A stretch of DNA of 64,000 nt from Phoronis australis (taxonomy: Eukaryota; Animalia; Phoronida): the NCBI GenBank assembly GCA_002633005.1, contig NMRA01000005.1, positions 1,789,048-1,853,047 on the forward strand, written 5' to 3'. Below the pieces are notes generated by a model. That model did not search any database. It saw only the letters and a program-made list of their open reading frames with translations, and had not been told where the DNA came from. The position numbers were made by a program, and so were the translations under genes. Positions 49,166-59,677 of the stretch are shown one piece after another (position 1 is the first letter of the stretch; each line of letters starts with the position of its first letter).

Positions 49166-51109
49166 ATATACTATTGATAATAAAATGTGGTATTTGAGTA
49201 TTTATGTGCAGCCTTAGTGTGTATGGCAGCAGACTCGTCTGTTGGATACGATGATTTGATTGGTTCAAATTCAGTGTACTAGGTAATAGGTGTTTTCCCA
49301 AGGTGTTTAGTTTCTTCCCTCGTTAGGAACCAGTTTCCCTCAAAAATGACATCAATCAAGACTTGCAGATTTGTATACTTCTATTTGGTAACAGATAGCT
49401 GACTCATTACTCAATGGTACAGTCTGATCCCAAACTTCATTTTGTGTTTAGTCACAGTGTTAATTAAATTGGCAATGAAATCTCTGATCTCAGTAGACAA
49501 GACAAACTCCATACCATTGAATTGCACATTAGTTTAGACTGGTTCCGATTTAAAGCCAATGTAAAGTTACTCTGGTACTGATATATTGTATTGTTACTGA
49601 ACCACTTCTAGACAATTCTCACAAACACTAACATCAAGAAACCAGCAAGAGAGTGTTATAAGTCATGAGTAAAGAGAGACGTCATTTGAAAGGTGCCTCT
49701 TTACAAATATTTCCTGTTTAAGACCAAATAAACTGCCGATGTGGAGGTGCTCTATCAACAGATAAGGAAAATTAAACCAATATTTAAAACACTGGTGAAA
49801 AAGCAAGATCACTCAAAATGGTGCAAGTGAAAGGTGATTGTTTCAAGAGTTCATTTAGTGCAATACACATGGTGATTAGTGTAATGGACCCGGCCTTGTG
49901 GCCTAAACACGCCTGATGTACCGCAAAAGCATCAGGCCACCTGTACTCTTTTTCTTTTTTTAGTGCATACACGATCAAAATGGTGACCACTGAAATGATT
50001 GGTTGGTGAGGTTGGTATCTAGAATTATGGGATAAAATTCACTGTTTCTTTTCCATAAATGAAGAGTTCTAGCCTGAAGTGTCTCGCAAGTGTATGATGT
50101 ACGGAACACACCCCTTCTGTTTAGTTCACAATAAAACCATGACTGCAACAGGATTTTGTTTCCATTTGACGATATGTAATAAAACCAAACAACGCAACAT
50201 ATTTTGTTGTTTCATACCTCTCTCTGGTCAAAAATAACTTCAAGAAGTCTATCTCATTCAACTGTTATCTCAAAAATACTTTTTTGGTTGTCAAACCCAC
50301 AACGCCCCTTTAAGCAGCAACTGGACTGGAAGGGACACTTAAGTGATCCATAAATAGAGTAAGAATACACTCTGAGAAATTTTGTGATGCTCCCATGCAT
50401 GTCAACCCATTAGGAATGTTACCTGATTTTGAAACGATAAGAATACATATTAAGACAATTGTCAAAGGCAAACCCACAACAGTGAGAACTGTATGGAAAA
50501 TTCAAAATCTGTCTTTAAAAAAATCTTTACTCATAAAAAGTAAAATCCGTCATAAAGCACTTTGAGTTCTGTGAATTGTGTAAGACTTGTAATCCGTAAA
50601 AGTTGACGTGTATGTGCTTCAAAGTTCTTAGTACATTTCATGTAAAAATGAGGAAAACATGCACAAATCACCATCCCAGTATTCACACTTAAAAACTAAT
50701 ATTTGCTCAGCTTTCAAAGATACTTAATGCGTAAAAGCTTGTTTTGGCAAAATGTTTCTCATAGTAAAAACATGTCTTAAATACATTACCTATTCCTACG
50801 CCCAAGCAACACTACTGTACCCATTCAGGTGAACTCCCAAGGCATTTAAATCAAGAAACTAAAAATCATTATCTCATAAGTGAAGTTTCGTAAAATTCGG
50901 ACATGAATGTCTTGCCGAATGAGAGCACTAACCAGAATGGATACAGCATGTGCGATGTATAATACGTGGATTGCGTAAATCAATAAACAAAATGATGTAA
51001 ACTTTGCTTACTTATCAAAATGTCACTCAAAAGTTTGTAGAAAACCGTCTGGAAAATGATGAGCAAAAAACGAGTTTGTTCTGCCAATGCATACAATGTG
51101 CACATTCTT

Positions 51110-51534
51110 CAGGGCTTGGAATTTTCCGCGGAAACGCGGATTTCCGCTTTTTTAAATGTGCTGTCCGCTTTTTTCATAATATTTCCGCGTAAAAAAAATC
51201 GGATTTGATATAAAATTTCCGCGGCAAACGTAAATTGTCAACATTGCCGGGGCATCTGGGACAGCATCGTGGGATTTTTTCGTGTTATTGTTAAGCGCGG
51301 CGACAAATACTACCGCTCTGCAGCCAAAAATGTGTGGTTGGGAGTGGACGGGCGAGCTAAAAGGACGCAGACGCATGCTACTGATGGTGGTAACGTTTTT
51401 TTTTTTTTAGTCATCCCGATTTTTGTCGGGGAAAGGTTCACATTGACCATTTCAAGGCTGGTTAGCGGGCATGATTTGGGCCGTAAAAGTTTCAAAGTTT
51501 CCGCGTTTTTTGTCATTAGTCATTCCAAGCCCTG
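51110..51534. mobile_element. 425-bp non-autonomous DNA transposon (hAT-like CAGGG termini) with a 6-bp TSD
   Basis: Perfect 13-bp TIR CAGGGCTTGGAAT/ATTCCAAGCCCTG, flanked by ATTCTT on both sides (51104-51109, 51535-51540). The interior is CpG-rich with repeated TTTCCGC subterminal motifs. Confidence 0.85.
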
Positions 51535-51690
51535 ATTCTTGTAATTAAGATGATAATGGATAAATGTTAATGCATTTCTGCAATAAATTTTTATGCATAG
51601 AATGTGCATATTATTGTATATACAACATTAAGATGATAGTGAATAAACGCTATGATTGCATTTTATGCAAATGAGGCTCTGCTCTTTTAA

Positions 51691-54600
51691 TTACAAAGTA
51701 TGTACTGTACGTTTTCTGTTTCTCAAATATCTAAGTTTACGCTTGTTAGCTTTTTTATATCCTCGCTTTCGTTTTTCTTTATTGCGCAGTCGCCTTCTAC
51801 GTAATCTTCTCACTTCTTGACGGGATATTCTCCCAAGCTTTCTAATAGATACTTCCGAGATGTTTTCAATACATCGTCCCTTGTACGCCATTTTGATCTT
51901 GCGCCGCTGCTGGCACTGCGCTACAGATTTGTGACATCGTGTTTTATAGGTGACCTTGTCCTGTCCGCAGATTTCCTGGCCCTTCACCTGAGCACAGGTA
52001 AATTTATTGGGGCACCTGCATACAGGCAGTTCTTGCATGTTGAGCATACAAATCTGAAACCTTGGACAGTCGATGCTGCTGCAGGCATTCACTGAAATGA
52101 AAATATACCCTTTGAATGCAAAAGTGACCATTGAGATCTTTCTTGACACTACTTGAAAATATTAAAGCATTAATTTCTTGTTACCAATCTAATATCGAAA
52201 ATTGAGAAAATGAAATTTCTGAATCAGTAATCTGTCATAACTTGGTGAGGTATTATCATGTCTGTTAAATCAGACAAAAATAAACACATAGTACCTTACT
52301 CGTGCCCATTAACACCCATACTAGTTTAATCCTAAATTTTAATGTTTAATTAAGCTCCCAGGCTTGGCTTCAACCCCCAATTTACACGATGCAATTTCCT
52401 TAACAGTGCCTAGCTGTCTCAGTATTTTTACTCCTCTCCCAAAAAGTAGGCAACTCGCTTACTTTTGAATAACAGTCAGTTTCATCAATTGAATATTGTA
52501 TTATTTGTGTGGGAATATCCGTACTCTCCTCTTTACTAAAGGAGATATGAAATGGTTCTTTCGGCTCATGTGCATTCTAATATTATTTTACTTGTGTACA
52601 GAAAAATGGCAAAAGCATTCCCGTGGCAATCTCATTACATGTGTAATGTTTATATAGGAACATTTAAGAGATACGCAGCGTAAAAAATATGTCATGCTAC
52701 TTAACCGTTGTTTGGGATCACAGCACCATTCTAGGAGTTAAGACCCTTACTATAATGTGTCGATGTTTTATTTCACTATTGCTTGTTAAGTCCTATATGA
52801 ATGTAGCTCATAGGGTGTTAAACCAATGAATCATTTAAGTACCCACTACAAATTTCTCCTATTTTTCTGCGCCCATGCTCAGCTTAACATTCATCCCTGA
52901 TTTTTGAGTTATCCAATTTAAGCACCCTGGGGGGTCTCCACCAAGGAGAATTATAAGTGCATGTGTACTGGTTACCCTCGAAAAATTAGTTATTAAAACA
53001 GAACTATGAGATATGCATTCATCCGATACTTTCAACAGTTTAACTTAGTTATGGTAAAAAAAGTTACGCTATGATAATTCTTCATCTAGATCGCACAAAA
53101 TTAATTTCCAAAATCACTAATTTTCTCCTTTTAAATAATAAACTTTTTTCTCTAACTTTCTCTTTTTTAACCACATCACACTCGAAGTTGAGTATTCCAA
53201 AGTGGTTCTCATTCATTCCCGTGTATACATTCATTCACTCACTGACCGAGCTTAGAGGAGTAGGAGACACTTGTGCAATTGGGAAATAGTCGGATATAAC
53301 ATGCCCGTATTTTGAGAACCAGTTTGATGCCTGTAATTCAGTGGAGAAAACTAGTTCTCAAAATTCGGGCACCTTATATCCGACCATTACCGCTCCCTCG
53401 ATTGTCTACCAGTGAGTAAAGCCAGGATTTGACCCCGGGTCTCCCAAATGGGAGTCCAGAACTCAAGCACCTGAGCCACACTGTCTCCTCAAAATAATAT
53501 TTTGGTTACATGCTGTGTGGTAAATTGGTGAAGACTGGCCAGAATTCTTCTGATTATTTGTACGGAATTGTAATTAAATTTTCATTTTTCTAGACATGCT
53601 CCACACAAACTATTGGGAAAGGAGGTATTGAATGATGATTGCTTTAATATTAATGCTATTATGTTACTTGATTATGTGTAATATGGTAATGCTTCACTTA
53701 TTTTCCACAAAAGCAATTGTTAAAATTGTAATTTTCCAATTCTCTAACTCTGATTACATGTACTTTACTGCAAATGATAGAGAATTAACCAACAAATGTT
53801 TTATATCTGCACAGTACAAACCATGCTATAAATAGACCAGCCTTTCCCTAATCATTATTTGAGTGGAGAAATTTGATTAAAAAAATTTCATTCGTCTACC
53901 ATATTAGGGAAATTACTATATGTATGTAATACAGGTAGGAAAATCAGGAGGCACATTTGTATGGAGCTTCCGTGAAAAAGTTGTCCCTTTGTTGTGTTCT
54001 GCTCCAGATACGCCACTTTGTCTACGTTTTTGAACCCAAATACACAATACAAGTCGGGCAGATGACATATTGTTAAAAATAAATTAATCTTTTGCAACCA
54101 GGAGACTAAACCCTTTGCAGTTTTAGTAATTAAAATGAAACTTATTTATGTTCGACACTTGGACTAGACAAAAATCATGCATCGAAAGCACCTATTTGTC
54201 GAGTTTCAGTCTTCCAATGAAAGTGAATCATTTTGCTGGAAATTAAGTCGGAAATGATACCCTGAAAAACGTCACACATCCTGTTCAGTATTTGGAGAAT
54301 AATATCAGATCAGATTTCAGTGAATTCTGATTCATACAAGTCAGTTAAACATTTATTTCCTGACGTTTGAAATTTTCAGAATGTCTATTGTGACTTTGAA
54401 GCAGGCTAATTAAAGTTTTCCTTTGCTTGGATTATTTATATCGTTATTAGCCAGAATCTCAATGATAACAATTTTACCTGAGGTAGGAGAATAGAATTGA
54501 GTTATTTTAGTTCCAGGGTTCATGGCGAGTGTAAACTTAAATGTTCTTCAGTCTTGATTTGTCCCATGTCAACGTGTGCGTGTATTGATTCAATAAAAAG

Positions 54601-57600
54601 TCATAGCACATTTAGCCCTTTGTGGAAACAACAAAATGAATTAAGTCTGGCTTACATGTTTGCATGTCCTTGCTGTTATCAACAAGCATTGGATTTCTTT
54701 TTATGGACTGTTTTCTAATGTATAGTGTTAGCCCTGGACATAAATGTTTATGCAGACACAATATGGCATTTGACTAAAAGTGTCAAAAATGTTTGTGTTG
54801 GAAATACCAGAGCAGTTTGGATAAGGCATTGGTTACACCAATGAATCTTGAGCAAATATTGCAACTTCAAATGACTGACAGGTGTGTTTTGGAAAGATTA
54901 CTTCCCCCCAGGCATATACCATTTAGAATGTATAGTGCCCCCAGATGTGGCAACAGTTCCAGGGGTGCCAGTGGATTACTGGGGAGATGCATGTTCAAAG
55001 CCTAAGGGTAAACTGAGCTCATTGTTGGGATGACTCTACCAAGGCAAACAATTGTTACTAACTGATGAGCTTGATTGGTAGTGACTGAAATTTTGTTAGG
55101 AGGAATTAAGGGATCCTAATGTTTTGCAACAACTACTTTGGATTTCTAAAGACATTTGCAACCATGAAACACAATTGGGGATCATGCATTAGGGTGGTAA
55201 TGTAGAGTACTCGACTAAATTCATACAGGTGCAGCTGAAAAATTAGTAAATCCACCCGTTTAGAAAGTGAATTCGAAAACGGGAACCAATCTTTAATGAG
55301 CATCTATGAAATGGCCACCTTTTGAGGTCCAGAAACACCACTCTTTTGGAGGGGTTATTCCATAAGTTGTCCTTTTCATAGGGGTACTTGGACAGCTGAA
55401 TTTTTAACCCATTACGCCTGAAACAGTTCATGAAAAGACGACATGTTGTCCAAATGTGTATTTTTTGAAACCAAAGTCCTAAAAATATAGAAATAATATA
55501 ATTTGTTTGGTTAAACTCCGAAGTGAACTCTTTTTGAGAATTTTTACAGAAAGGACATCCTTACATAAGGAAACAGGAGTGACACATACTTAACACTTTT
55601 CCTATGAGAGCACCCCCCTTAGAAATAAGCCACCCCCCTCCTGGGGAAAGTCTTAGTAATGTAAAACTTGCACAAGTCCAAAGGTCCGTCAGTTAATGGT
55701 GAAAGTGCTGTGGTGTATGAGTTGCTTGTGAAACTGAAATGGTTCTGATTACTTTCTCTGCATGAACTTATTACTGTCAGAGTGACAAGACATTACAACT
55801 GGTTGTTAACCTTACTTCATTTGTCAACCATTAATTGAGTTCTCATGCGTCTGGCCTAACTAAAACATTCCTTTAGACTGAGGCTGTCATATGACACCTG
55901 GGCTTCTTTGCCAGTCAAAACTAGCATTCTCATGGGGTGCCTTTTCATAATTTTAGTTATACCCTGCTTGATTGACAATCTGTGCCCAGGTGTTTAAGAT
56001 GATGTGGAAAGCTTATAGCATTGTGATTTGTTTCTTAAAATAAATTCTTAAACAAAATTCAACAAGTGTATTGGTTAATTTTTAAAATGCTTTATCCATG
56101 GTTTAAGTTGCTGAGTACTTAACTTATAGCATATTAAATTGTCTTGTGCTAATAGAACACCAGCACTAAGCTCCCAGTTCACAATTACAAAATAATGTTT
56201 TGCCATGTAATTGTTGACACATCACAGTTTCTAAATAATGTACATAAATTATCTGATCAACTAACACTTGTAGGCATCTTTCAGAGACAATGTACTCTAG
56301 CTGAGGTGAAATTAAATTGCGTTTCTGAAATAGTTGTGAGGAGCCTGAAACAAATTTTTTTATTTAAGTCTTAGTCACTTTTCATGAAATATATCCATAG
56401 AAATTCTATTCCAATATCACTTTCAACATGCGAATTACAGTACGAGTTCTATACTTCTTTAGCTAATAACTATAGAATTATTACCAAGACTTATAATAAA
56501 AATGGTAAGCAACTTACTTTAGTATGGTATAGTTTAGAAATCTAAAATTGAATAATTATAATAGCAAGTTATTTATTTCTATCATAGTGAACATGAAATG
56601 AAACTGAAGAATCTAGAAAATAATAGTTACAACTCCAAGTTAAAACTTGAATGTCAGCAAAAAATGCCACTCAGTCAAAGTTTGAGAAAAGTGCACCACG
56701 TTATCTTTAGAATTTTTACTAGAATCTGAGATAAACCTGAATGTGATCAGCACAAAGGGTTGCCACTCATTGGGTAACTTCATTGTATTATTCCTGTCAC
56801 ATTTTAGTCTTCGAATCTAAGCGTAAACTTACATTTCACTAACATGTAAAAATAATATAAGAATCACTTTTCAGTTAAAATTTGTGTGACGTTATTATAT
56901 CAGCAGTCTCACCAAATGTTTTGAGCATGGTGAGATGCTATGCTCAATTTTTACACCCATGCTAAAATTTGACCACCACAGTGACATTTTGAGTTATCAT
57001 GCTTGTATCAGTGCACTGCACAGTTATGAAGCAGTTTTCAAACTGTAAAATTTAGAGTCATTATAAGTGCCCTTAGAGAGAGAGAGAGAGCAGACTTTTC
57101 GCTTTATAGTAAGTGATTTAGCCATTTATCATCACTGTAAGTGTCATTCTTCAGACTAGTATCCACTGCAGTATGAATCATACTATTCCGGTGGAAATTA
57201 TTACTTGCTAACTATGGTCTAACTATTCAAAAATTACCAANTGTCAGCAAAAAATGCCACTCAGTCAAAGTTTGAGAAAAGTGCACCACGTTATCTTTAG
57301 AATTTTTACTAGAATCTGAGATAAACCTGACTGTGATCAGCACAAAGGGTTGCCACTCATTGGGTAACTTCACTGTATTATTCCTGTCACATTTTAGTCT
57401 TCGAATCTAAGCGTAAACTTACATTTCACTAACATGTAAAAATAATATAAGAATCACTTTTCAGTTAAAATTTGTGTGACGTTATTATATCAGCAGTCTC
57501 ACCAAACGTTTTGAGCATGGTGAGATGCTATGCTCAATTTTTACACCCATGCTAAAATTTGACCACCACAGTGACATTTTGAGTTATCATGCTTGTATCA

Positions 57601-58197
57601 GTGCCTTGCACAGTTATGAAGCAGTTTTCAAACTGTAAAATTTAGAGTCATTATAAGTGCCCTTAGAGAGAGAGAGAGAGAGCAGACTTTTAGCTTTATA
57701 GTAAGTGATTAAGCCATTTATCATCACTGTAAGTGTCATTCTTCAGACTAGTATCCACTGCAGTATGAATCATACTATTCCGGTGGAAATCATTACTAGC
57801 TAACTATGGTCTAACTATTCAAAAATTACCAAATAACATTGCTGAGCACTGGTTTCCTCTGTAGCTAAACATAAGACTGACAGCTTTCAGTGTCTCGATT
57901 TAAATCTAAGTTTGAACACTTGCTAGTGTGTTTCACTGTACAGTCTAAGCTGAACCTTACTGTCAGCACACAGAATGACCACTCACCTGCTGCCTTAGGT
58001 CTGGGTTTACTGAGTTCCTCCACAGTCACGCATACTTGGCAACAATTACACATGTCCTTGATAACATGTTGAGGTGGACAACCAGTCAAATCCATACAGG
58101 TTGACCTGTCACACAGTCCACACTTCTTGCTGACAGTTGCTATTGTCTTCATAAACAATAAACTTGTCAACACAAAATGAATTGTGATGAAATTCAT
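51691..58197 (-). CDS. Secreted protein of about 203 aa: signal peptide, 8-Cys IGFBP-like N-domain, follistatin/Kazal module and Arg/Lys-rich tail; exons 58197-57987 and 52091-51691
   Basis: Exon 1 encodes MNFITIHFVLTSLLFMKTIATVSKKCGLCDRSTCMDLTGCPPQHVIKDMCNCCQVC... and ends at G|GTGAGT (phase 1). Exon 2 starts at TTTCAG|TG in the same phase and encodes a 10-Cys follistatin module (CSSIDCPRFQICMLNMQELPVCRCPNKFTC...ICGQDKVTYKTRC...C...YKGRC). Additional internal exons cannot be excluded. Confidence 0.8.
53240..53490 (-). mobile_element. tRNA-derived SINE with a long internal hairpin
   Basis: The minus-strand head has an A-box-like TGGCTCAGGTG and a B-box-like GGTCAAATCC. The body has nested inverted repeats TCGGATATAA..GCCCG..TTTTGAGAAC / GTTCTCAAAA..CGGGC..TTATATCCGA. 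The hairpin core recurs near 980-1030, 18500-18548, 22558 and 24350-24402. Confidence 0.65.
56652..57832. repeat. Direct duplication of about 590 bp separated by a single N (probable contig-overlap artefact)
   Basis: 56652-57240 is almost identical to 57242-57832, with a few SNPs and a different (AG)n length. The N is at 57241. Confidence 0.9.
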
Positions 58198-58250
58198 GAT
58201 TGATTTACTCACAGGTCTGAAGTTCTGAATTAAAATGCACCTTGATGACC

Positions 58251-58256
58251 TTTATA
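58251..58256 (-). promoter_or_regulatory. TATA box of the IGFBP/follistatin-like gene
   Basis: GTATAAAG lies on the minus strand about 55 nt upstream of the ATG at 58197. CCAAT boxes occur near 58462 and 58511. Confidence 0.5.
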
Positions 58257-58797
58257 CTTTTCTACACATACCCAGTAAAGTTTAAGACCTTAGCAGAACA
58301 CAACAGAAGTGACAATCTTCCCTTCTACTGTTGCTCTTTAAACCTTAGCCTTGTATCCAGCAAGTCAGCTGGATACCCTTAGTGGTCTGCTCTCAATAAA
58401 GCTGTTCCAGACAGAATGTAATTGTTCAGTAGTTTACACTCACTTTATTGTGATTACATGCACCAATTAGAACCTGTCTGTCACCCAAGCCAAGCCAGAC
58501 AAGACATTCTATTGGCTGGAAGGTTTCATTTCAAGGGGAATCAGGCAGGGGACTGAAGAGAGGTTTATATATCACAGGCATTATAAATATTGGAGGACTG
58601 TTGCTTGGGGGCTAATGATCCTGCCAATAATGAAATGGTAAGATGCCAGACAGGAGAAGGCGTGTTTAGTTCCGCAATCTGATGCATGGGATATAATAGC
58701 ATTTATGTCTAATACCAAGAATTGTTCCTACTGTAAAGGCCTTGTAAGTGGACAAGTGGAGCTTCAAGAAAAATTATTTAATTCAAGAAGTGGAAAC

Positions 58798-59677
58798 TAC
58801 TGGGTGATCCAAAGATGTTAACTACACAAACTTTTGCTTTGGAAATAATTATTTCTAACGAGATCACCACCGCACATTATAAATCTAAACTATTATGAGT
58901 GGATCACATTTCTACCATATTGCAAAAAATAACGTTGATTTGTTACTGCGTTATTACCTCTTTAAAATTTGCTCGAATTATCCAACGCCGTGTTGCAATC
59001 ACACTAACTTGTGGGCGTAAATGAGCAACCCGTTGTTGCCATCCGTCAACTGTATTATTTGTTGAGGCCTGTGTTGCTTTGTGCTAACGTGATATTTCAA
59101 ATAACCTCATAAGCTGGTTCAAATCCGGAGAGTGCACTGTCCATCCATTCAATGTCACGTTTTTGACCTAATGGTTTTCCCCAGGTATCTGTCTGAGACA
59201 GTCAAGTGTCACATTACCGTAGCTGTATGTGAAATGCCCCTTAACCCTTATGGAACCACTGCTATTCCCTTCTATGTAACTCTCCTTTCCTCCTTGCTCT
59301 CCAAAATTTACCAAGCACCGCGACGTAATGTTCAGAATTGGCCTGCTGCCCATTTGTATCCTCAAACCCGCAAGGGCAAATAATGCCATCTTTTGACATT
59401 TTAATGAGCATGGAAGTTCCTGTTGTGTACCACATATTTGGGAGGTGCTGTACCCCAAGAAGGCATTGTTCTTTGAGTTTACGTGATCATGAAAATGTTA
59501 TGCTGCCTGCTAGATCAAACTGATGAACACTAAATTAGAGCCACAAATCGATAACGAATCAACAACATTTTTGTATTTTCATTGAAATGTCATCCATTCA
59601 TAATAGTTTTGATGTTTGAGATTGTTTAGTGTTTTTTAAGAAGCAAAAACATGGGTAACACTTTTTGTCAGCCTGTA
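58798..59677 (-). mobile_element. Decayed, internally deleted Tc1/mariner element (rosa/maT-like transposase relic)
   Basis: Frameshifted remnants HFHDHVNSKNNAFLG, GIICPCGFEDTNGQQANSEHYVAVLGKFW, QWF, HSPDLN, GYLKYHV and FEQIL follow the order of DDxD transposase motifs (HVNSKN..WG, GIIGPY.FED, WFQQDG, SPDLNP, WGYLK). Degenerate TIRs TA-CTGGGTGATCCAAA and TA-CAGGCTGACAAAAA have TA flanks. Confidence 0.75.

Noticed and set aside
56652-57832. 590-bp tandem duplication as a biological enhancer duplication
   Set aside because: The copies abut a lone N and are nearly identical, which is typical of unmerged contig overlap.
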